Below are positions 26,346 to 38,085 of a stretch of DNA of 64,000 nucleotides, one piece after another. The notes under the pieces were generated by a model, which did not search any database, was not told where the DNA came from, and saw nothing but the letters and a program-made list of their open reading frames with translations. The DNA comes from the human T2T-CHM13v2.0 reference genome, Homo sapiens. A program made the position numbers and the translations under genes. The first letter of the stretch is position 1. Each line of letters opens with the position of its first letter. The stretch lies in assembly GCF_009914755.1 (NCBI RefSeq), contig NC_060929.1; one strand, written 5' to 3'.

Positions 26346-27738
26346 ATATTTCCATATGTGGGAAACTTTATACAATAATGAGAGAAAAACTGGGAAGACC
26401 TAAGAAGTGAAAGCTTTTTGCCATGAGATAGTTACAAATAGGGTCTTTGAGAAAAGAAAAAGCATTGCTTCTCTCCTGGGCTGTTTTCTCTGAGGCATTC
26501 TTCACAGGTCTTATCATTGGAAGGAAGGAACCACATGAATACAGTTTTAATCATAGTGTTTTATTGTAGTATTCACAATCTTCTGTTTACCTGCAATCAC
26601 CAACAGGATATAGGATTCTTCAACATATAAAAATAAGAAGAAAAGAGACTGCTGAATGTCATCCTCTTTCTTTCCATTGTGCACCCATTCACATCACTAT
26701 GGTATGAGACCACTAAATCAAATCTTATGTTTTTTGTAGCAAGCATACATGCAGGTGAAGCAAATCTGCTAAGATAGCACAGCAAGTCCTTTCAGGGTGA
26801 CATTTTAATTATCTCAGGAATATTTTCTCTTTTTTCATATCATATTTTCTTGATAAGAAAATATGTAAACGTAATTGTATTTTATTAACATCAAGTGATA
26901 AAATAGTATTAAAAGATTCGACTAAGTTAAGCAGTTTTTTTTTTTAAACTGGTCTCAGATGAGACTTTTCTTCAGTTCCCTTTCTCTAACTACAGTAAAT
27001 TACATTTCTCTAACTTTGAACACTTTGATCATACCTTTTTGCATACCTTTTAATTCTTCCTCCCAAGGGGGAGGGTAGAACATGTGTTTGAAAGAGTTTT
27101 ATCCCTAACACAATCCATGTGACCTCCATGTCTTCTGAAATGATTTCTGGTGGGAATGCTAGTGATTTCGAGGATCACATGTAATTTCCTGCTGAGCTGT
27201 TTAGCATGTGCAAATTACCATTTGACCTCCATAGTGACATATTTGTCATAGCAATTTTCACTTCTAGTGAAACGAGTTAAACTGCCTCAGTAAAAGTGAT
27301 TTTAAGCAGTAATTCTTCATACAAAACCTTTCACATAAATCTGCCATTATGTGTTTTAAAGATTGATACCTGGGCTTCAGATATTTCTTTTCATGTTGTT
27401 TTTAATAAGAAGCACAATATTTCCATAACTCATATTTGGAATGGTTCCTGGTTTTGGAAGCAGATTATTAAAACTGAGCATATGGAGGTCTTAAAGTAGA
27501 ACCTTATGGGGGAAAAACAGTTGATCAAGTCTATTTTGCAGCACTGAAAAATTAAATGCTTACAAAATCTTGGTAAAGCAAGGTTTATTTTTTATAACTT
27601 TTTAAAAACCCAAATTAGTGAACTATCTGTGGCGGGTAAGAATATGACCACACAGAAAACTCCTTTGTCATGATCATTTTTAAACAATCAGAATGTTCCT
27701 TTGCCTACATTTTTTTCACTTACTATTGTATTTCTTAG

Positions 27739-27826
27739 GAGAAGTCAATGGACTTTTTTGAAAGACAATCTTAAAAAGGAAGTTGAATACTCAGTGATTG
27801 ACTGTGCAGATGAAATAGAGAAAAAG
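27739..27826 (+). other. Candidate internal exon (88 nt), gene unassigned
   Basis: Acceptor 'ttttttcacttactattgtatttcttag|G' and donor 'AAG|gtgaga'. One open frame (RSQWTFLKDNLKKEVEYSVIDCADEIEKK). Lies in non-repeat DNA. No protein recognised. Confidence 0.35.
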
Positions 27827-28042
27827 GTGAGACTAATCCGAATTAAATGGAGCAATAAAATGAGAATCTGGTTGAAAGAACTTGTTTCTTGCATGCCAAA
27901 AATTCAGCACCATCAGAAGGTTTGCCCCGATTCAAATGTAGTCACACACAACATTCACCTCTCTCCCCCATGGACTTGCTGTTTTCTCTAAGAAATGTAA
28001 TCAGAAAATGTTATGCCATTCAAATATGCACAGTGATTGCCC

Positions 28043-28978
28043 TTATTTACTCACCCAAATTTCCTGAGTACCAAATGTCAGCACTCTACTATGCACTTGA
28101 TACCCAAAGACAAATAAGATACTGTTCTTTAAACAATTCTAAAACATTTTAGAGATGATTGCAATAGTATATGATATATGTACTCTTGGAAGTGTATTTT
28201 GGGTGCAACAGGAATTCTGAACAAATTAGGCATTCATTAGATAGATATGGGCAGGAGGAAATAAGGGCATCTCCAAATTAGGAGGCATTAAGTTTGTACT
28301 TGTTAAGAGAATTGTGCTTAGTTTGGTGTGGTTAGATTTCAGGATGAGTGTGGGGGAGTGGCAAATGATGACTCTGAAAAGACAAGCTGAACCTATTCTT
28401 ATAGGCAGTAGGAAACTGTTCACAGCTTTAAGTAGAAAAGTAACACAATCAGATTTGCTCTTGGAAAGATGCCCCTGGCAGTAAGATGGAGCACGGACTG
28501 AAGGATGGTCAAATTATATTAAGAGACCAGTTAGGAGCCTATTGCATCCAAAAATGATGAAAGCTTTGAATTCTAGCCATATACTGAAGTTAGAAAGTTG
28601 GGAAAATTTTGACAGGTTTTTTTTTAAAGGAAGGCATAACTTACTGAATTTACTGAACTTCAAATGTAAGAAAAGAAGAATGAGAAATCTGAGATGGTTC
28701 TCGGGTTCTGAATGGGATGGCTGGGTTTATCTTGGTACTGTTAAACAAGAGAGGATTATAAGGAGGATGATCTCCTTGGGAAGAGAATAAAATGAGATCA
28801 GTTTTAGATTTGTTAATTTGAAGAAATCAGTAGGGATCTATGTATGTTGACACGTTCAGTAAACTGTCAAAAATTTAAGCCTTAGATCAAAGGGAGAAGA
28901 AGTCTGGGTAATAGATTGCAAATTATCACCATGTAGGAAACACAATTAGTAAGATTAGATTATCCAGTGTGTGGAGAA
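28043..28978 (-). mobile_element. L2 3' part
   Basis: Reversed L2 terminus 'ttatttactcacccaaatttcctgagtacc' and a purine-rich body ('atcagatttgctcttggaaagatgcccctggcag'). Confidence 0.75.
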
Positions 28979-29087
28979 GACATTTTGACTTAAATAATAT
29001 AATGTTTCCATTTTTATTCATGGGACACTTGAATGAAACCATTTCATTGAATTCATTTTGTGGGCAGGAGGATTACAGCTGGTAATT

Positions 29088-31232
29088 TTTATTTTTTATT
29101 TATTTTATTTCAATAGCTTTAGGGGTACAAGTGTTTTTCATTACGTGGATGAATTGCATAGTGCTGAAGTTTGAGATTTTAGTGTACCCATCACCAAAGT
29201 AGTGTCTTTGTACCAAATATGTAGTTTTTAAATCTTTCACCCTCCTCCCATCCTTCCCCCTTCAGAGTCTCCAATGTCCATTATACCATTTTGTTTGCCT
29301 CTGTTTACCCATAGATTAGCTCCCACTTATAAGTTAGAAGATATGGTATTTGGTTTTCCATTCCTGAGTTACTTCATTTAGAATAATGGCCTCCAGCATC
29401 TGGCCTACAGTTGCTGCTGGCCTCCAGTTTTATTCTTTTTTAGGGCTCAGTAGTAGACCCTGGTTCATATATATCACATTTCCTTTATCCACTCATCAGT
29501 TGATGCGCACATAGGTTGGTTCCATATCTTTGCCACTGTGAATTGTGCTGTGATAAACATATGTGTGCAAGTGTCTTTTTGATATAATTTCTTTTCCTTT
29601 GGGTAGATACCCAGTAGTGGGAATGCTGGGTTGAATGGTAGTTCTACTTTTAGTTCTTTGAGAAATCGCCATACTGTTTTCCATAGAGGTTGTACTAATT
29701 TAAATGCCCAGCAGCAGTGTATAAGTTTTCCCTTTTCACCACATCCATGCCAATATCTATTTTTTTTTTTACTTTTTATTAATCGCCATTCTGGCTGGGG
29801 CAAGGTGGTATCTTATTGTGGTTTAAGTTTGCATTTCCCCGATGATTAGTGATGTGAACATTTTTTCACGTTTGTTGGTTGCTTGTATATCTTCTTTTGA
29901 GAATTGTCTATTTATGTAATTTGTCACTTTTTGATGGAATTATTTGTTCCTTTCTTGCTTATATGTTAGAATACCTTGTATATTTGGGATATTAGTCCTT
30001 TGTCAGATGCATAGTTTGAAAATATTTTCTCCCATTCTGTGGATTGTCTGTTTACTCTGATGATTTTTTTTCTGTGCAGAAGCATTTTAGTTTAATTAGG
30101 TCTCATTTATTTATTTTTACTTTTGCTGCATACGCTTTCGGGGTTGTAGTCATAAATTATTTGCCTAGGCCAATGTTCTGAAGGGTATTTCCAACTTATC
30201 TTCCAGAATGTTTATGGTTTTAGGTCTTAGATTTTGGGTCTTTAATCCATCTTGAGTTGATTTTTCTATGTGGTAAGAAGAGGGATCTAGTTTCATTCTC
30301 TACGTATGACTACCCGGTTTTCCCAACACCATTTATTGAATATGGTGTTATTTCTCCAATTTATGTTTTTGTATGCCCTGTCAAAGATCAGTTGGTTGTA
30401 AGTATTTGGATTTATTTCTGGGTTCTCTATTCTGTTTTATTGGTCTATGTTTCTACTTTATATCAGTACTATGCTGTTTTGGTTACTATAGCCTTGTAAT
30501 ATAATTTAGAATCAGGAAACGTGATGCCTCCAGATTTGTTCTTTTTGCTTAGGATTGCTTTAGCTATTCAGGCTCTTTTTTGGTTCCTTATGAATCTTGG
30601 GATTTTTTTATTATGTAAAAAATGCTGTTGGCATTTTGATAGTAATTGCATTGAATTTGTAGATTGCTTTGGGCACTATGGTCATTTTGGTGATACTGAT
30701 TCTTCCAGTCCATGACCATGAGATGTATTTCCACTTGTTTGTGTCATCTATTATTTCTCTCATCAGTGTTCTGTAGTTCTTCTTGTAGAGATGTTTCACC
30801 TCCTTGGTTAAGTATATTCCTAGGTATTTTATTTTTTTTTATTTATTTTTTAATTTTATTATTATTATACTTTACATTTTAGGGTACATGTGCACAACGT
30901 GCAGGTTTGTTACATATGTATACATGTGCCACGTTGGTGTGCTGCACCCATTAACTCGTTTTGCAGCTATTGTAAAGGGAATTGAGTTCTTGATTTTATT
31001 CTCAGCTTAGTAATTGTTGGTATGTAGCAGTGTTACTGATTTGCGTATATTGATTTTGTAACCCAAGACTTTACTGAATTCATTTGTCAAATCTAGGAGT
31101 CTTTTGGAGGAGTCTTTAGGGTTTTCTGGGAATATGACCATATCATCGGCAAACAGAAATAGTTTGACTTCTTTTCCAATTTGGATGCCCTTTATTTCTT
31201 TCTCTTGCCTGATTACTCTGGCTAGGAATTCC
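29088..31232 (-). mobile_element. 5'-truncated L1PB (3'UTR plus ORF2 C-terminal part)
   Basis: L1PB-type 3' end 'ttggttttccattcctgagttacttc'. ORF2 peptides in the ORF track ([23 protein letters not shown]). Degenerate TSD ctggtaatt / ctggcaatt. Confidence 0.92.
30832..30959 (-). mobile_element. Very short young L1PA (PA2-4-like) 3' terminus nested in the L1PB
   Basis: 'tagggtacatgtgcacaacgtgcaggtttgttacatatgtatacatgtgcca...gctgcacccattaactcgt' interrupts the host at a T-run. The host resumes with 'ttgcagctattgtaaa'. Confidence 0.9.
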
Positions 31233-31379
31233 TCACTGGCAATTGTTTTTAAAAGTTAACGTTTAATAACTGTTTTTGGAGCATTATTAAAAATACTCAT
31301 GACATCAAAACCACACAGTCAAAGAAGCTATGTCAAAAGGACATCTTAAAACACCTGTGTCAGAATATCTCACTCCTCA

Positions 31380-32760
31380 GAGAGTGTGTATAGAGTGAGG
31401 AGAGGATCATATCCTGAGGAATTCCAACATTTAATAGGCAGGTAAATGAAGAGTAGGAAAACATGGAGAGAGAAGGAAAATAGAGTCAGAGACTTAGAAA
31501 GAGAACCAGGAGAATGTAATATAATGAAAGTAAAGGGAGGAGGAGAATTTGTGAGGAAGAAGAGAGTCAGCTGATAAGGTTTCCGCAATGAGGATACTAC
31601 TGCTCATCTTAGAGATGTCAAGAGGTGTCTATTTGGGATGCAAAAGTCAAAGAACAATGGATCAAGGAAATAGAGGAAATAAAGATATCCAAAAAGCTGT
31701 GGCAGAAATTTGTCATTAAAATAAGAAGAGAAATTCTGTAGTAATTTGGAAATGATTCAGGATCAAAATGAAGGTTTTGGAGGTATTTTTGTGTGAGTTA
31801 GGGTTGGACGATGGGTTATCTGAGACTATTTGAGGTTGTAGGAAAGGAGCTAGTAATTAGAGGGAGTTTGAGCGTACAAGAAAAAGATGAGGATTCCTTT
31901 AGGAGGAAATGTGATTATTATTGCAGGAGAGGGGTTAGCCTTGACAGAAAGAAACCACATTTTTCCTTCTGAGACAAAAACATTTAGTAAAATATAGGCA
32001 CCAAAATAAGTAAGTTCATATGTGAGTGAATATATGCAGGAATACATCAAGGAAACTCTGAACTTCATTTCAGATAGCTGTTATTTTCTTAATGTAGTCT
32101 GAGTTATTGATTGCGGCCAAGAAGATAATAGCGGGCATAGGGTAGACAGTATAGGTAAATGTTTTGAAGAACTGCTCTGAGGAATATAAATAAAAGCTGA
32201 TTAGGAAAAATAAAAATATGTAGAGCAATCCTGAGGGACAGTGCAATATTTTTATTTTTAAGGGGCCAATCTGAGATATGAGGAAAGGAAGGAAGTAAAG
32301 AGAGTGGCAGTATAGATAAATTTACTGACATGTGCTTGAAGGTAGGAGGGGGCTGTGAAGAGACCAAAGATTCTGTGTAGACAGGTTTGTCCTTAATAGC
32401 TTCTAATTCCTATGTATGGCTGGAGGTAGGCAATGTGAGGAGAGGGTGTGGGGCCATGGATATGGGCGAGATCAGTGGCAGTTTCAAATCGCTACTCTGG
32501 AGGCTGGAAAGGGATTCAATTAGCAATGTGTAAAATGATTGTAGAATTAGGATGCTAAAACACCTCAAATTGGAAAGCATAAATGTGTAATACCACCAAT
32601 CTGCCTGGTTGTGTGTGTGTGTATATTTTTTAAAGATGACAAATAGATCTTTGTGGAAGTGGAGAGGGGGTTGAAGGTTTTTAAGAAGGTTGTGAAAGGA
32701 CAAAGGGGTAAGATTCGAAGTCTCTGATGAGGATGCAAATAAGTAAAGATGAGTTTAGAA
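31380..32760 (-). mobile_element. L2 body, probable continuation of 28043-28978
   Basis: 'gagtgtgtatagagtgaggagagga...cctgaggaattccaacattta' and long purine-rich L2-like sequence. Confidence 0.7.
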
Positions 32761-32820
32761 GTTTAATGTAGTAAAAACATAAGGATGAATGTGGTTAATT
32801 ATTCTTCATAAACCTTAACT

Positions 32821-32858
32821 TTTAATAGTTCATTAAATTTAATAGTTCATTAAATTTA
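32821..32858. repeat. Perfect 17-bp tandem duplication (tttaatagttcattaaa x2)
   Basis: Read directly. Confidence 0.9.
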
Positions 32859-34682
32859 CTATAATTTAGAAGAACTTTAATTCTTCTATTAGTCCATTCT
32901 TCTGTTACTGACTGATTTGTAGCTCAATTATCCTTGAGGACAGTGGTCATATATGTTCATTTCTACTAAAAGTGCCTAAAAAAGTCATATGCAAATAGCA
33001 GATGATTGCTGTTTATTTTTGAACAAATGCTACCCAAAAATTCCTGCTGTGTGATTATATTCCAATAAAAAACAACAAAAATAGGATTATATGTTTTAAT
33101 TACTTTACATTTTTCTTTTTTTCTTTTTCTCATAAGCATAGTTATTGAGGATGGGTTAATAGATAGTTGGTAACATTGGTGGATGATTTTAGACAAAGAG
33201 TTTATGTGAGTCTCTAGGATTGTCTATAAAGGCAAAGAAGAGAAAAGAAGGGAAAAGAGAAACAAAGCTCAAGCTTAGTTGGAGTAAGGCTTTGAATAAG
33301 AGAAAATACCATACAAGGAGTCGGGTTGAATAAGATTTCCTACAGAAAAAAAATAATAATAATTTTATTTTAAATAAAAGTAATGGGCTAGAAATGTGAA
33401 GATTAAAAGAAAAGGAATGAGGGATATCAAGTCAGATATTAAAGAAAATAATCTATTTTACAGTGCTTTTAAAATAATCAATGAGACTGAAATCTCCTGA
33501 ATGAATTTGAACCAGAAATTCAATTCCTTTGAACAAGATAGGCTTTGCAAGTCCACATGGGACACTCAGCCTTAGACCTTTTCTAGAGTTCTGTAATTAT
33601 ATGATGATAAATCTGCTGAATATTACATTATCACTTTTATCATAAAAAAGAATTATTATTTCTTGCTTGCTTGTTCAAAATAATAAACAGAAAACTAAAG
33701 TCAATAATTATTTTCTTCCTTATTTCCCTTCACTTGATATTTTATAAGTTCTCTTCTATTCCCAAAACTAGAGGAGCACTTATATCTTGTAAATATTTGA
33801 TAGTATGAGCAAAAAAACCCCACAGGATTTTCTTTTATGTTGTTTCCTTAGCAGAATAGTAAATAAATGGCATGGATTCTAGTTAATGCCCTATGACAGC
33901 CACTCACATTTTCTGGACTCTCCAGAGCCTTCTCTCCACTAACTTGGTCTCCAACCTCCACAAAGATGCAAGGGTAACTGCTACACTGCTCAACAGAATA
34001 AAGGAAGTGTCAGTGAAGAAACCAAACAATGCATTGACACTAATTAAGGCTGTTTTTTTAACATGTGCTATACAAGAAAAGACATATGGTATGTTTTAAG
34101 AGATGATGTCTCTGATTCAAGGGTAAGCCTGTTTTTTTTTAAGGAAATGTAAATAAAAGTAGAATTTGATGTGCAAGATTTGTTATGATTTAGCTATGTA
34201 CCTATAACCATGCGTTTACTGTAATAGAATCTTTGTAGTGTGTTTCAGAATTACATGGTCAATTAAACTCTTAAGTATCTAAAGCTTGGCCAAATTTTAA
34301 TTGTAAATTTATAACTTAGAGAATTAACCACATATATACTTCTTATTTTCCCTTTGCTAGGCTTCTGTGAAATTTAAACAATGTTGAATGTTTTCAGCAT
34401 TAATTGATACCTTAGTAATCAAACACAGACAGTGTATTCAAGTGTTATAATTGCTTTTTGGGTTTAACAAGAAGTTCCTTACAATCTAATGCATTTGAAG
34501 AACATGTGAGAGCAGATTTTTATATAAATATGACTTTATTTTCAATTGAACTTTGAGACTTACCATTTATAAATGTTTTGAGAGTAGTTAATTGGTTACA
34601 TTTGAAGGTTTTATAACCCAGAAGAGTACAGCTAGCATTCTACATACAACTGATGTTGAGAGGGCATCAAGATTCACCAATT

Positions 34683-34760
34683 TTCATTCATTGAACACAA
34701 TTACAGAACACTTACTATGTGCTGGCTCTGACATGCAAGATTTATAGTTGTTATGAAGAA
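34683..34760 (-). mobile_element. L2 3' terminal fragment
   Basis: 'ttcattcattgaacac...cacttactatgtgctgg'. Confidence 0.55.
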
Positions 34761-35704
34761 ATGATACATCTGAAGGAATTTTGGTAAGCTTTGAAAAAAT
34801 GGCCTCGTACTTGGAAAAGAGGAAAAAAGCAGGACTAATAATAACAAAGGAAAGGCTTACACCATGTGACAAAAAAGATAAGAAACAAAATATTTGATTA
34901 GAGTACAGTATCAAGAACAACCTTTTAAATAATTAGGCCCTTAAAATGTATATGTTAAATGAGCAATGAGTGAATGAATAACTCTTTCCTTCAATTTTCG
35001 TGTTCTAAAGACATGCCATTGTCAAACCTGATAGACAAAATCTCTTATTAACTGATTTATTGGCTTTTATTAATTGACTGACTAGGGAAACAATGAGCAA
35101 GATGGGATTTGAGTGAGAGAGGGTATAAAGGGGGGAAATCACATTAAGAAAACAAGAAAATATCCTCAGGAGGAAAGAAAAAGTCAAAAAATTGTTAGTT
35201 TTTTCCAGATGTTTTCTTCAAGCTAGTTTATTATTTCCATTAATGCTCTATTTTAAACATTAATCTCAACACAGCATTTAACTGATTATTTTTACTTACA
35301 TGAAAGAATACTTTATTTTTTATCTCCATTTTTAATTTTTGTTACATTTTTGTTATTTTGACTGGTATCAAGAAAAGTAATGTGTGACATCCTATTGTTT
35401 TTAAAAATAGTTGATAATGTGTTAGCCCTCATTAATCTCTATCGGCTTCTCCTAAATTGAATAACCTAACAAAGTTTAATATATCTGTTGCTAAATGTCT
35501 CACATGTTTAAATAATTTATCTTTACCTGGTTTTGTAATTTTTAACTTTCTAATAATGACTGGTTTTATAATCCAGTTTCTAATTTCCATTTGTTACATT
35601 CAGCGAACTGATCCCTGTCTCTGGAAACATTTTTAATGTCTCTCTATCTATCTATTTATCTATCTGACAAGATAAAGAAAAAAATGAACCTGTTATGATA
35701 ATTG

Positions 35705-37068
35705 GTTTTTAAAATTTTATTGTGGTAAAATATATATAAAACATAAAATTTACCATTTTAGCAATCTTTAAGTATACAGTCCTTTGGCATTAAGCACATG
35801 CAAGTTGTTATTGCAACAATCACCATCATCTACCTCCAGAACTTTTTCATCTTCTCCAACAGAAGAAACTCTATACTCATTAAACGTTACCTCCCCATTC
35901 TTTCCTTTCCTGTAACCCTTGGCAACTACCATTCTATTTTCTGTCGCTGTGAATTTGGCTATCCAGATACACCACGTAAGTGGAATCATACAATATTTGT
36001 CCTTTAGTGATAGCTCATTGTACTTAGCACAGTGTGGTCAAGGTTCACCCATGTTGTAGCATGTGTCAGTATGTCCTTCTTTTTAAAGGCTGGGTAATAT
36101 TCCATTGTGTGTATTGTATAGACCATATTTTGTTTATCCATTCATCCATCAGTAGTCACTTGAGTTGCTTCCACCTTTTGTCCATTGTGAATTACATCAC
36201 TGTTAAGCATGAGTATACAAATATCTGTTTGAGTCTTTAATTTCTTTGGGATATATTCCCAAAAGGGAATTGCTAAATCATATGGTAATTCTGTGTTTAA
36301 TATTTTTTTTTTTAGCAATTGTCACGCTGTTTTCCATAGTGGCTACACCATTTAATATTCCCACTAGCAATGTACAAGAATTCCAGTTTCTACATATCCT
36401 TGCCAATACTTGTTACTTTCTTTATTTTTTTTAATATTGGGAATCCTAATGGGTGTACAGTGGTATCTTATCTATTTTTTATTTGCATTTCACTAATAAT
36501 TAGCAATAATCATGTGTTTATTGGCCATTTGCATATTTTCTTTGGAAAAATGTCTATTCAAGTCCTTTGCCCATTTTTAGACTGGATTATTTGTTTTTGT
36601 TGTTACTAAGTTTAGGAGTTATTTTACATTTTGGATATCCATTCCTTATAAGATGTATGATTGGTAAATATTTTCTATCATTCCATGGGTTGCCTTTTAT
36701 TTCTGTTGGTTGCATCTTTTGATGCACAAATTTTAAAAAATTTTGGTTAAGTTCAATTTATCTATTTTTTTCTTGTTGCCTATGCTTTTTGAGTAATATT
36801 AAGAAAGCATTGCCCAATCCAGTATTAAGAAGCTTTATAGTTTTAACTCTTATGTTTAGTATTTCATCTATTTGGGTTAATTTTTATATATGGCATAAAG
36901 TCAGGGCCCAACTTCATTCATTCGCTTGCAGATATCCAGTTTTACCAACATCAGTATTGAACCAACTGTCCTTTTCCCATTGAATGAATGATCTTGGCAC
37001 CTTTTGAAAAAAAAAATCGTTTGACCATGTATGCAAGAGTTTCTTTCTGGGATCACTGTTTATGCCAA
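35705..37068 (-). mobile_element. L1MB (MB2-4-like) 3' fragment
   Basis: 'ttttattgtggtaaaatatatat...aaaatttaccatttta...cttggcaactaccattcta...agtggaatcatacaatatttgtcc', followed by ORF2 C-terminal remnants. Confidence 0.88.
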
Positions 37069-37074
37069 TTGCTT

Positions 37075-38085
37075 TTAAATTAATTTTAAATTTTAGAATA
37101 ATTTTGGAATTATAGAAAAGTTGGAAAGATAATAGAGTTCCAGTATACCCTTCAACTAGTTTTCCCTATTGTTAATATCTTACATTACCACAGTACATTT
37201 CTCAAAATTAAGGAACCAACATTAGTATATTGCTGTGAACTAAACTCCATACTACTTACATGTCATCAAGTTTTTCATTAATGTTTCAGGATCCAGTGAG
37301 AATAATATATTGTGTCTAGTTGTCATGTGTCCCCAGTTTCCTCTGATCTATGTCAATTTCTCAATCATGTTTTTCATTATCTTGAGAATCTTGAGGGGTA
37401 CTGGCCAGGTATCCAATAGAATGCCCCCAAATCTGGGTTTCTCCAATGTTTTTATCATTATTAGACTAGAGTTATGAATTTTCTAATGAATATTACAAAG
37501 GCAAAGTGGCCTTATTATTACGTCATATGAAAGATACATGACATCCCCATGGATTCACCAATGATGTTAATTTTCACTGTTTATTAAGGTAGTGTTTGCT
37601 TGGTTTCTTCACTGTGAAGTTACTATTTTTCTCATTCTATGCTCTATTCATTAGAAATAAGTCACTAATTCTAGTCCATACTCAGTAGGAAGATAATTAG
37701 GCTCTACCTCCTGAAGGGGAAAATCTACATATACTATATGGAATTCCTAGCTAAGAATTTGTCTTTTCTTCTCACTTATTTGATTATTAAAGCATTTATT
37801 TACATCAGTATGGGCACAGAGGTATATGTTTTATACTTTGGGCTATAAACCAATATTTCACTATTTATTTGATGCTCAAATTATTTCAGCTTTGGCCTAT
37901 GGGGGCTCTGTCAGGATGGCTCCTGTGTTCTTCTGGCACACCCTACAATTCTTTGTTTTCTGTTCTATTACTACAAGATGATCCAGGCTTATCTTGTATT
38001 TTCCTTACCCCAGCTCTGGAATCAGCCTTACTGCAAGGGTATTTGGTTTCTCCCCTATTTTGGAATTTAAAAACCAAGATCTGAC
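37075..38085 (-). mobile_element. L1MC (L1MC4-like) 3' fragment
   Basis: 'tatagaaaagttggaaagataatagagttccagtataccc...ttgttaatatcttacattac...aaaccaagatctg'. Confidence 0.8.

Noticed and set aside
26345-28043. Tail-to-tail L2 pair as a miR-28/miR-151-type hairpin source
   Set aside because: The L2 ends are ~1.7 kb apart and highly diverged, so no pre-miRNA-sized hairpin forms.
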